Positions 19,361 through 30,393 of a DNA stretch of 64,000 nucleotides are shown one piece after another (position 1 is the first letter of the stretch; each line of letters starts with the position of its first letter). The DNA lies in contig CAXXRD010000003.1 of NCBI GenBank assembly GCA_963663895.2, forward strand, positions 224,001 through 288,000, in the 5' to 3' direction. Origin of the DNA: Dehalococcoidia bacterium (GTDB taxonomy: Bacteria; Chloroflexota; Dehalococcoidia; Bin125). The notes beneath the pieces were generated by a model. The model saw only the letters and a list, made by a program, of their open reading frames with translations. It made no database searches and had not been told where the DNA came from. A program made the translations under genes and the position numbers.

Positions 19361-21085
19361 ATGACAAGTCGTAGCGGTTCTCTCCTCGTCGCCGTGCTGC
19401 TGGCGGCGATCGTGGTCGTGGCCAGCCTCATTATCTGGCGGCTGATCAACGACGGGGGGAATGCCGGCAGCTCCCTGATCTCCATCTCGCTGCGAGACGG
19501 CGATCTCGTCGGACTCGGTCTCAGCACCGAAATCAGCGTGATCGCGCGAGACGAGAACGCGGTCACCCAAGTCTCGTTGCTTGTTGAAGGAGCGCTCGTA
19601 ACCCAAGCCATCCCCGTCCAAGACGAAGAGAGCGGCGACTACCGAGCGGCGTTGATCTGGGAGCCTGAACAAATCGGGGACGCTTCCATCCTCGTTCGGG
19701 CGCTGACGAGTACCGGCGAGCTGATCGAGCAAGCGATCACCGTAGCGGTTGTCGACCCGGCGGAACTGCCAGCAGACGATCCTGCGGAAGCGCCCGTAGC
19801 CTCCGCCGACACATTCACCAGCAGCCCCGCTGTGACGATCTTGAGCCCCCAGCCAGGCGACCAGGTACCACTGGACACCAGCCTGATCGTGCTCGTGCGC
19901 GGACCAACTGATGTCGCGATGCGCAGTTTTATCCTTGAGGTCAACGGGACGATCATCGCCGAGGAAGCCGCGATCCCGAGGGAAGGCGGCGATTACCAGG
20001 CCGCGCTGACTTGGCAGCCGAGCCAAGAAGGCCCGACGACTCTCCGAGTTAGAGGCACCACAGAGCAGAGTGCGACGGTGGCGCCCGCGGAGGTCATCGT
20101 GCAGGTCGTGAGCGGAGCAGTCACAAGCGCCGAGGACGAACCCTCCGGCGAAGCAGGCAGGCTGACCATCCTGGCACCGAATAACAACGACGATATCGAG
20201 TTCGCGGAGAACGTCCGCATCCCTATCAGCGTGCTCGCAGAAGACGTGGGGCGACTCACCTCGTTGGATCTCTTCGTGAATACCGTGTCGCTCTCCTCGC
20301 TCACACCGGCGGCACTCTCCGCGGGACTCTACCGGGTCGAGATCTCCTTCGAGCCACCGGAGCCCGGTCTCTACGTGCTCGAAGTCGTCGCGTTCGCCGA
20401 GGACGACGGCCGCTTCTCGGACCAGATCGTGATTACCGTAGGTGGAGAGACGACGCCACCAGATGAGGAAGGGCCGCCGGACCTGACGCCGACAGAGATC
20501 GGCGTCGGCGAGGGAAACGCCATCGAGGTCACGCTCTCTAACGCCGGCGACACGCCACTAGAGTCGCAGCCCGTCGTCGTGAGCGTACAGCGCAGCTCGG
20601 ACAACATCTTGATCGACGAAACCACTTTGGATGTCACGCTCCCGGCCAGCGGCTCACAAGTCTTCATCTTGCCGATCCGTCTCACCGAAGCGCTGCAGAT
20701 CACGCTCACGGTCGACACACTGAACGCGATCGAGGAGTCGGACGAGCTCAACAACACGATCACGGCCCTTTTCCAACCGGCGATGCAGGCGGATCTGGTA
20801 GCCCAAGACTTGGCGATCAGCGAGAGCGGGCAGGCAATTATCCGCATCGCGAACGTCGGCGACTCCGACCACGTGGGAACGATCACCGTCCTCCTGCTTT
20901 TGAACGGAGAGACAATCGAGCAACTCGGTTTCAGCGGCCTCCTCGCCTCGCAGGGCTCGCTGACGCTGACGGGGAACATCGTGGTAAGCGGGACAGGGCA
21001 ACTCTCGGCGGTGATCGACCCGGAGGACCTCATCGCCGAGGCCAGCGAGGGCAACAACGCCATAACGATCGAGGTGGGCAGCTAG
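19361..21085 (+). CDS. Membrane-anchored Ig-like/CARDB repeat surface protein
   Basis: N-terminal TM helix; three Ig-like repeats (GDY[RQ]AAL.W.P); two CARDB-like units (PDL...IEESDELNN; ADL...IAEASEGNN). Confidence 0.82.
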   Translation: MTSRSGSLLVAVLLAAIVVVASLIIWRLINDGGNAGSSLISISLRDGDLVGLGLSTEISVIARDENAVTQVSLLVEGALVTQAIPVQDEESGDYRAALIWEPEQIGDASILVRALTSTGELIEQAITVAVVDPAELPADDPAEAPVASADTFTSSPAVTILSPQPGDQVPLDTSLIVLVRGPTDVAMRSFILEVNGTIIAEEAAIPREGGDYQAALTWQPSQEGPTTLRVRGTTEQSATVAPAEVIVQVVSGAVTSAEDEPSGEAGRLTILAPNNNDDIEFAENVRIPISVLAEDVGRLTSLDLFVNTVSLSSLTPAALSAGLYRVEISFEPPEPGLYVLEVVAFAEDDGRFSDQIVITVGGETTPPDEEGPPDLTPTEIGVGEGNAIEVTLSNAGDTPLESQPVVVSVQRSSDNILIDETTLDVTLPASGSQVFILPIRLTEALQITLTVDTLNAIEESDELNNTITALFQPAMQADLVAQDLAISESGQAIIRIANVGDSDHVGTITVLLLLNGETIEQLGFSGLLASQGSLTLTGNIVVSGTGQLSAVIDPEDLIAEASEGNNAITIEVGS

Positions 21086-21109
21086 CTTTCCGGCCAGGCG
21101 TTGATTACC

Positions 21110-21130
21110 TGTCAAATCGGCGATTTGACA
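21110..21130. promoter_or_regulatory. Perfect inverted repeat upstream of dnaG (candidate operator)
   Basis: TGTCAAATCG-G-CGATTTGACA. Confidence 0.55.
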
Positions 21131-21176
21131 TCGTGGTAGGATAAATCTGGCTGCGGTAGCCGCTGGATGCCTTTTC

Positions 21177-23086
21177 TTGAGCCAAGTTGACGAGATCAAA
21201 GCCCGGGTTGACATTGTCGATCTGATCGGCGAGGGCGTCGCGCTGCGCAAGAGCGGGCGCACGTTCACAGCGCGCTGCCCGTTTCATACGGAACGGACCC
21301 CTTCCTTCGTCGTCGATCCCCAGCGTCAGAGCTGGCGTTGTTTCGGTGCATGCGCAGAGGGCGGCGACATCTTTTCCTGGGTCATGCGCCGCCAGCAGAT
21401 CGATTTCCGGGAAGCGCTCCGGGTGCTGGCGGAGCGGGCCGGCGTTGCCTTGGAAGCTCCGACACGGGCCCATAGCGAGCGTGAAGAGCGCCGACGCCGC
21501 CTGAACTCCCTGAATGATGCGGCCGCGATCTTCTACCAAAGAAAGCTCGCCGAAAGCCCGGACGCTGCAATAGCACGTAATTATGTCGATGAGCGCGGGA
21601 TTGACGAGGAAACTCAGCAGGCCTTCGGCCTGGGCTACGCAGGCGACGAGCCGGATGCGTTGCTCACCTACCTCACGGCCCGCGGTCATACACCGGATGA
21701 GCTGGTCGCAGCCGGGCTGGCCGTCGAGACGGATCACGGCGCCATCGACCGTTTCCACTCGCGGTTGCTCTTCCCCATCCGCGACGCACGCGGCCGCGCC
21801 GTGGGATTCGGTGGGCGCACCCTCAGCAACGACAGCCCCAAGTACCTCAATACGCCGCAGACGGAGATCTTCGACAAGAGTCGTCTGCTCTACGGACTAG
21901 ACCAGGCGCGCGATGTAATCCGCGAGAAGGACCGCATCGTCATCGTCGAGGGATACATGGACGTGATCGCCGCCCACCAACACGGGCAACTCAACACCGT
22001 CGCCTCGATGGGTACCTCCCTCACCGAAGCGCAGGTTAAGTTGATCAAACCGCTGACACGCAACGTCGTGCTTGCGCTCGACGCCGACGCCGCCGGCGCG
22101 GCCGCAACACTGCGCGGGATCGAAGTAGGACGCGAAGTGATGGGCCATGAATCCCTGCCTGTACCAGACCCCAGCGGGTTGGTCCGATTGCAAGACACTC
22201 TCGCAGCCGACATTCGAATCGCGGAATTGCCGGAGGGGCGCGATCCCGACGCGCTGATTCGGGTCGATCCCGACCTATGGACGGAGATCTTGGAGAACGC
22301 GCCCACTTTCCTGGACTACCGTTTCGCCGCTGCTGTCGGCGCGCGCGACCTGGAGAACGCGCGGGCGCGCGCGGCACTCGTTGAGGAACTGGCGCCACTG
22401 GTGGCGGCGGTCGCCGAGCCCGTGGTGCGGGACGAGTACCTGCAACGGCTCGCTCGCTTGGCGCGTCTGGAAACGAACGCTCTCCGGCAGCGGCTTCGGC
22501 AGCGGCGCACGAGCGCCGCCAGGAATGCTGCGGACGCACACCGTCCCGCAGCCTCTGAACCCATGCCGCCCCGCGATCGGCAGACGGAATTCCTTCTCCA
22601 ATTGCTCGTGGTTCGCCCTGAACTTGTGCCGGATGTGGCACCGGAAGCGCGCCGGTGGATCGGCGGAGGCCTCGCGCAAGAGTTGCTTGAGGCACTCGCG
22701 CAGCCGGAGGCCGATCCCGGCGCGCCGCTGCATGATGCGCTCGCCGCCTTGCGCGCGCGCGCGCGCGCGTTACCGCCTTTCTCGGACGAGGAAGCCGCGC
22801 AAGCCGCGCATCAAACCGTGCAACGGCTGCGCGCACGCCGACTGCGCGAGCAGATGCGTCCGCAGACTGAAGCGATCGCCAGCCACGAACGGACGCACGC
22901 TGCCGCAGATCTCGCGGAGTTAGCGGCACGCGGCACCACTGCGTCGCCGTCCGACCCGGATGTCGCCGCTGCCGTGCAGGCAGTGTTGGAGAACATGGAA
23001 ACGGGCCGGGAGTTGCACCTGCGATCCACGCATAAGAACCACTCCGAACCGCAAGAACCGGCCCGCGCGAAGCTCAAGGAGACCGA

Positions 23087-23090
<4 letters not shown>
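21177..23090 (+). CDS. dnaG: DNA primase
   Basis: CPFH.ERTPSF...CFGAC Zn finger, GFGGR, PKYLNTP, VEGYMD, DAD.AG, DPD. Confidence 0.97.
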
Positions 23091-24931
<1,841 letters not shown>

Positions 24932-25026
24932 CCGCGAGAGAGCCGGCCGCGACCGGCGGGTGCAAGCGCGGGAGCAGTCCCTCGCCTCGCGCGGACGAAC
25001 GAGCGCGGAGCGAACCGCATCATTCC

Positions 25027-25056
25027 TTGACCGTCACACAAAACGGTCCCTACGCT
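25027..25056 (+). promoter_or_regulatory. Sigma70-type promoter with internal dyad
   Basis: TTGACC-18 bp-TACGCT, with GACCGT-N8-ACGGTC at 25029-25048. Confidence 0.55.
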
Positions 25057-25099
25057 TGGATCCGCACTGCTGCCGAGGATTCGATCGGAGCGCGAGCGC

Positions 25100-25339
25100 A
25101 TGCCGCTGTACGAATACTATTGCCGGAACTGCGCCACCAAGTTCACACAGCTCCGGCCAATCAGCGCTGCAGGCGAGCCCAGCGAGTGCGACTACGGACA
25201 CCCCGCCGCGCCAGTCCTAACCGTCGGCGTCCAGGTGCAAAGCAGTGCCCAAGCGCAAGGTGCCTCCACGCCCGAACCCTTAATGAGTGGTGGCTGCGCT
25301 TGCGGACGGGGCGGCTGCGGCTGTGGGGCACTGAACTAA
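25100..25339 (+). CDS. FmdB-family zinc-ribbon protein
   Basis: MPLYEYYC..C...F; C-terminal GGCACGRGGCGC. Confidence 0.85.
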   Translation: MPLYEYYCRNCATKFTQLRPISAAGEPSECDYGHPAAPVLTVGVQVQSSAQAQGASTPEPLMSGGCACGRGGCGCGALN

Positions 25340-26085
25340 ACGGCGTCCAGCCTACCCGCTCCCAGTCCCTCATCCACGTGGGCACCCCAGCGCAACGCGC
25401 CCCAACCCATCAATCCGACAACGACGGCCGTTCCGATAATCGCAGCGCCGATCAGCAACGTGGACTCAAAGAAAAAGTCCTGCGGAAACATCTGAATCAG
25501 CCGGTCGCGGCTGGATAGCTGCCAGAGATCATTGGTGAAGAAGAGCAGATGAAACTGCCGGAAAGCCTCGTCGAAGCCGCTAACGGCGATGATGCCCAGC
25601 ACGACGATCGCCCCCGTCACCATGGCTCCCGCCAGGCGACCAGCGGCTGCAAGAGCCCGTCCAGCCGCGCGGCCACGCCAGATGACCGTCCCGGCAACGA
25701 TCACAACGATCGCACCAAGGCTGCCCCAGCCGGCATCGTAGGTCCGATCGAAGAGCCGCTTGACGTCTCGCAAATGCAGAATCTCCCGTTCGCTCAAGAG
25801 CGGCTCAGCCGCGCCAACCGTATTCGTGACCGTGATATCGGCAAGCTCGTCATTAGAGCGGAAGTAAGCGCGGAGCTCAGCAGCGCCGCGATCGAGTTCG
25901 GCGCGGGGCAGGCCCGTACGCGCTTCGGCGTCGTGCCGATCGAAGCCACGTTCCCACCACCAGCCGGACTGGGCTGTGAACCGCACGGCCAATGAAAGCG
26001 GCAAGATCAGCAAGGAGAGCGCGAACAGGACGACCGCCCCGCGCCACAGCCAGCGCTGCCACTGCGACGTGAATGCCATGGCCAT
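25336..26085 (-). CDS. DUF1461/TIGR01906 membrane protein (Lit-like lipoprotein transacylase)
   Basis: Four TM segments; REILHLRDVKRLF, FDEAFRQFHLLFF.ND.W, LIQMFPQDFF. Start uncertain (26091, 26085 or 26079). Confidence 0.8.
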   Translation of the reverse strand: MAMAFTSQWQRWLWRGAVVLFALSLLILPLSLAVRFTAQSGWWWERGFDRHDAEARTGLPRAELDRGAAELRAYFRSNDELADITVTNTVGAAEPLLSEREILHLRDVKRLFDRTYDAGWGSLGAIVVIVAGTVIWRGRAAGRALAAAGRLAGAMVTGAIVVLGIIAVSGFDEAFRQFHLLFFTNDLWQLSSRDRLIQMFPQDFFFESTLLIGAAIIGTAVVVGLMGWGALRWGAHVDEGLGAGRLDAV

Positions 26086-26167
26086 CCTCACGGTGCCAGT
26101 CCCGAGGCTCAGCTAGGCTGGCCACGATGTCAGATCGCTCTACCCACTGCATTGTACGGAGACCCGT

Positions 26168-27217
26168 GTGAACATCGGCGCCTCCATTGAGACGCTCGCC
26201 GTAGCCGCGGGCATCGCGCTGCGTGAAGGGCTGCAAGTGGGAGCGATATCCGCTCTAGTGCCGGATCCCTCCCATCCCGCGCTGCTCCTGATCGACGCCC
26301 CGATCGCCCCATCCCGTCTCCGTCGATATCCCCTCGATACCGAAGTGCAAGTGATCGTGGAGGAGAACGGGAGTCTGCGCACCGAGACGCTCGAAATCCA
26401 AGCGCTGCTCGCGGCAGCGAGTCTCCCCCCGCACGCCCGTGCGCTTGTCCTGCCCCGCGTGGCCCCAGAAGCGGTGCGGCACGACCTCGCGGGACTACGG
26501 AGCGTGATCGCCCGCTTGCGCGACCCGGAGAGCGGCTGTCCTTGGGACCTTGAGCAGGACCACCGCAGCTTGCGCCCCCACCTGTTGGAGGAAACCTATG
26601 AGGTGCTCCAGGCACTGGACCGCGATGACCCGCGCGCGCTCCGCGAAGAGCTCGGTGACCTCATGATGCAGGTTTTCCTGCATGCGCAGATCGCCGAAGG
26701 GGACGGGCAGTTCGATATCGACGATGTCGCGGAGGGCATCCGAGCCAAGCTGATCCGACGTCACCCGCACGTGTTCGGCGATGCCCAAGCAGCAGACGCC
26801 AGCGCGGTCGTCGAAAACTGGGACCGGCTCAAGGCGGCGGAGCGCACCGTCGGCAACGCAGAGGCGTCCGCGCTTGATGGCGTACCACAGACGCTGCCGG
26901 CCCTGGCACGTGCACAGAGTTTGGCGGGGCGCGCGGCACGCCAAGGCTTTGCGCCGAGCGACGGCCCGGCGTCCGCCCTCGCAGCGGCGGTTCCCAAAGA
27001 CGCCAACTCGTGGGGGGAGCTGCTCTTCATGCTCGCGCGGCTGGCGCAGCGGGAAGAGATTCAGCTCGAGGATGCCCTGCGCGAGGCAGCCGATCGATTC
27101 GAAGCGCGCTTTCGCGCCCTCGAGGCGGCCCTCCGCAGCGAAGGCGTCGCCCTATCCGAGCTCACCACGGCCGAACTCGCGGAGCGGTGGGCCCGCACCG
27201 CCCGCGCGCACCCCTAA
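26168..27217 (+). CDS. mazG: MazG nucleoside-triphosphate pyrophosphohydrolase
   Basis: LR....GCPWD.EQ, EETYEV, EELGDL, KLIRRHPHVFG, W...K..E, LPAL. Confidence 0.92.
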   Translation: MNIGASIETLAVAAGIALREGLQVGAISALVPDPSHPALLLIDAPIAPSRLRRYPLDTEVQVIVEENGSLRTETLEIQALLAAASLPPHARALVLPRVAPEAVRHDLAGLRSVIARLRDPESGCPWDLEQDHRSLRPHLLEETYEVLQALDRDDPRALREELGDLMMQVFLHAQIAEGDGQFDIDDVAEGIRAKLIRRHPHVFGDAQAADASAVVENWDRLKAAERTVGNAEASALDGVPQTLPALARAQSLAGRAARQGFAPSDGPASALAAAVPKDANSWGELLFMLARLAQREEIQLEDALREAADRFEARFRALEAALRSEGVALSELTTAELAERWARTARAHP

Positions 27218-29451
27218 GAGGAAAGCACGTCCATAGGCGCCAGCGAGAGCATCAGCTTCTTGACGCCGGCTTCCTCGAAATCCACGGTCACCTCCTGATC
27301 GTCCTTGACGTCCTTGCGATCAACCACGACGCCGGGGCCGAAGGTCGCGTGATGCACGCGCGTCCCGACCGGAACGCGCGCCAACGGTTCCACATCGACG
27401 CCGTCGTATTCATCCCACGCGTGAGCGCGGCGGGCGGGAGGAGCCGTCGCAGGCGCAGTGGCCGTAGGCGTCGCCCGGCCCCGCGCATCAATAGCGTCCG
27501 CGGGGATATCGGCCAGGTAGCGTGAGCGTGGATTATGGCCGGCGTTGCCGGCGAGCGCGCGTCGAAACGCATAGAGCAAGTACAGGCGCCGCTGCGCGCG
27601 CGTGATACCCACGTAGCAGAGGCGCCGCTCCTCCTCCAAGGAGTCCGGATCATCGAACGCGCGGATATGTGGAAGCACGCCTTCCTCCACGCCGACGAGG
27701 AAGACGACCGGGAACTCCAGCCCCTTCGCGGTATGGAGCGTAAGGAGGGAGACCGCGTTGGGCGAGCCGCTATCGAGATCGTCTTGGTCGGAGACCAGCG
27801 CCACGCTCTCCAGGAACGCCGGCAGCGCGCGATCGTGCGGCAGCCCATCGTATTCGCCAGCGACGGTGCCCAACTCCCGGAGATTCTCCCAGCGCTCTTC
27901 GGCGTCGTCGAACTCGTCGAAGAGGTGCTCTTGATAGCCGGTCTTCCGCAGCACGAAGTCCAACAGCTCCACGACGGTAGCCTCGCTGGCCAGCCGCCTC
28001 CCTTCCTCGATCATCTCGACGAACGCCTGCAGCGGAGGCACGGCCCGCGACACAACCTCGGGACCGTCGATCTCGCCGACGGCCGCGGCCGCTCGAAAGG
28101 CGGAGAGGTTGCGCTCGCCCCCCCACGCAACCAGCACCTCCTGGGTGCGCTTGCCGATTCCCCGGCCAGGCACGTTGACGATGCGAGCAAAGGAGACCGA
28201 GTCGCTCGGATTGTGGAGCAACCGTAGATAGGCGAGTAGATCCTTGACCTCCTTCCGCTCGTAGAAGCTGGTAGCGCCGACCAGGCGATAGGGCAGTTTC
28301 GCATCGCGGAACGCCGCCTCCAGCACGCGTGACTGGGCGTTGGTGCGGTACATGACGGCGACGTCACCCGGCTCCCACTCAGCCGCCGCCCAGTGGCGCT
28401 GCAGCTCATCGACGACGAACTGGGCTTCCTCGACCTCGTTATAGGCCTCGTGAACGACGGGTGGATCGCCGGCTTCGTTCTCGGTCCAAAGCGACTTGTG
28501 CAAACGCTGCGCCGCCTTTTGGATCACAGCGTCGGCGACACGCAGGATCGCCTTGGTCGATCGGTAATTCTGCTCCAAGCGAACCACCTTCGCCTGCGGA
28601 TGGTCGCGCTCGAAGTGCAAGATGTTGCGGATATCGGCCGCCCGCCAGGAGTAGATCGATTGGTCGGGGTCGCCGACAACGGTCAGGTTTCCGGTGCCCG
28701 CCGCCCATGCACGCGCCAACCAGTACTGCACCAGGTTGGTGTCCTGGAATTCGTCGACGAGCACGTGCCGGTAACGGTTCTGGTAGCGGTCGCGCACCTC
28801 CGGGACCTCCTCGAATAGCTCCAGAGCGCGCAGAAGGAGATCGTCAAAGTCAAGGCCGCCGTTGACAGCCAGCCGATCCGTGTAGTGCTCGAAGACGCGG
28901 GCCACGATCTCCTCGAAATAGCTGCCGCTGCGCCCCTGCAGGTCAGTAGGCGAGAGCCCTTCGCTCTTTGCCTTGGAGACGCCATGGAGCAAAGCGCGCG
29001 GAGCGTATCGCTTCGGATCGATGCCGAGCGCCGAAACCGCTTGCTTGACGAGCTCCAACTGGTCGGCGGTATCGAAGATGTTGAAGTTGGGATCGATCCC
29101 AAGCGTCTGACCGTCGCGGCGAAGCATGCGAGCACAGACCGCGTGAAACGTACCAAGCGTGAGGCCGTCTGCCTCGTGGCCGAGCAGCGTCTGCACGCGC
29201 TCCCGCATCTCCCGCGCCGCTTTGTTGGTGAATGTGACGGCGAGCATCTCCCAAGGAGCAACGTCGCCCTGGAGCAGGTAGGCGATGCGGTACGCGATCA
29301 CGCGCGTCTTTCCGCTCCCCGGCCCCGCCAGCACAAGCAGCGGACCACCCGGAACCACGACTGCGTCAGCCTGCGCGGGGCTGAGCCCTTGGAGAAATCG
29401 CTCTGGCTGGCCGCCGGTCGAGTCGTGCGCGGCCGGAAACGCCTCAGTCAT
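27214..29451 (-). CDS. pcrA: ATP-dependent DNA helicase PcrA/UvrD
   Basis: LAGPGSGKT, TFTNKAA, VDEFQDTN, VGDPDQSIY.WR, LEQNYRS, YRTNAQSR, H.AKGLEF, EERRL.YV; C-terminal H..FG.G tudor domain. Confidence 0.97.
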   Translation of the reverse strand: MTEAFPAAHDSTGGQPERFLQGLSPAQADAVVVPGGPLLVLAGPGSGKTRVIAYRIAYLLQGDVAPWEMLAVTFTNKAAREMRERVQTLLGHEADGLTLGTFHAVCARMLRRDGQTLGIDPNFNIFDTADQLELVKQAVSALGIDPKRYAPRALLHGVSKAKSEGLSPTDLQGRSGSYFEEIVARVFEHYTDRLAVNGGLDFDDLLLRALELFEEVPEVRDRYQNRYRHVLVDEFQDTNLVQYWLARAWAAGTGNLTVVGDPDQSIYSWRAADIRNILHFERDHPQAKVVRLEQNYRSTKAILRVADAVIQKAAQRLHKSLWTENEAGDPPVVHEAYNEVEEAQFVVDELQRHWAAAEWEPGDVAVMYRTNAQSRVLEAAFRDAKLPYRLVGATSFYERKEVKDLLAYLRLLHNPSDSVSFARIVNVPGRGIGKRTQEVLVAWGGERNLSAFRAAAAVGEIDGPEVVSRAVPPLQAFVEMIEEGRRLASEATVVELLDFVLRKTGYQEHLFDEFDDAEERWENLRELGTVAGEYDGLPHDRALPAFLESVALVSDQDDLDSGSPNAVSLLTLHTAKGLEFPVVFLVGVEEGVLPHIRAFDDPDSLEEERRLCYVGITRAQRRLYLLYAFRRALAGNAGHNPRSRYLADIPADAIDARGRATPTATAPATAPPARRAHAWDEYDGVDVEPLARVPVGTRVHHATFGPGVVVDRKDVKDDQEVTVDFEEAGVKKLMLSLAPMDVLSS

Positions 29452-29488
29452 CACTGCCGCGGTCTCGGCGTCGCATAGCGGCGAGAGT

Positions 29489-29502
29489 AGCACACGTGTT
29501 CG
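29489..29502 (-). promoter_or_regulatory. Candidate LexA (SOS) box overlapping the pcrA promoter
   Basis: Minus strand CGAAC-ACGT-GTGCT, one mismatch in the GAAC-N4-GTTC core; overlaps an extended -10 (TGcTACTCT). Confidence 0.5.
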
Positions 29503-29619
29503 TCTCAGCCCCGGCCAAGGACATTAGCACCGTGAGACGCTAAGGTGGGTACTGGTGGGCAACTTGGGTGCCGCGCTTCCTTCGCGTCGGCGGCGGGGTC
29601 GGTTTCGAACGAGGTGACG

Positions 29620-30384
29620 ATGCTTCTCCCAGCCATCAGTTGGCCGGGAGGCAGCCCTGAGAACACCGGCATCATCGCCGGCGTCATCGTTGGCGCGTAT
29701 CTCAGCGCACTCTGGCTGGCTGCCATCCTTTGGACCATTCGGGACATCCGCGAGCGGTCGCAAGACCCGGTAACCCAGTTCATCGCCGTCTCTACCGTCA
29801 TCCTATTCAGCCTGGCGGGCTGGGTTCTGTATCTCGTCTTGCGGCCCGGCATCACGATCGCCGAAGTGTACGACCGCCAACTCGAAGAGGAAGCGCTCCT
29901 GCAGGACCTCCAGCACCAGCTCGCCTGCCCGCAATGCGGAGTGGACGTGCAGGAGGATTTCGTCGCCTGTCCCCACTGCGCGACCGCCCTCAAGGCGCTT
30001 TGTCATAGTTGCTCGCGGCCGCTGCCATTCACCTGGCGCATCTGCCCGTGGTGCTCGGCGGCGCGGCAGTCGGCGCCGAGCCTGACCACACCGGAGCCCG
30101 CTGCGCCACTCCCTGCACAGGCCGCGACTGCACCGGAATCCCCCGCGCCGCCTGCAGATCAGCCCACGAAGCCGGTCACAGACCCCGGCTCATCGCCGAC
30201 GCAGATCGCGACGGCTCCCATCCCACCACTAGCCGGCGGCAAAGAGCCGACTTCCTCAGCGGATCCGGACTCGCCAAGCAGCCAGCCACGCCGACGCAGA
30301 ATCCTGCAGCGTCCGGAATCCGAACCGGCGGCTACGAACGGGTCTCCCCAAAAGCCACCGCTCGCGAGCCCCTGGTCACGCTAA
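29620..30384 (+). CDS. Membrane protein with double zinc ribbon and Pro-rich tail
   Basis: GAGG RBS before ATG 29620; two TM helices, YLVLRP, then CPQC/CPHC/CHSC/CPWC. Confidence 0.85.
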   Translation: MLLPAISWPGGSPENTGIIAGVIVGAYLSALWLAAILWTIRDIRERSQDPVTQFIAVSTVILFSLAGWVLYLVLRPGITIAEVYDRQLEEEALLQDLQHQLACPQCGVDVQEDFVACPHCATALKALCHSCSRPLPFTWRICPWCSAARQSAPSLTTPEPAAPLPAQAATAPESPAPPADQPTKPVTDPGSSPTQIATAPIPPLAGGKEPTSSADPDSPSSQPRRRRILQRPESEPAATNGSPQKPPLASPWSR

Positions 30385-30393
30385 AAGCTGCGC

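Noticed and set aside
29524-29543. TTAGCAC...GCTAA as a CIRCE element
   Set aside because: 20 bp rather than the 27-bp TTAGCACTC-N9-GAGTGCTAA, and no chaperone gene downstream.
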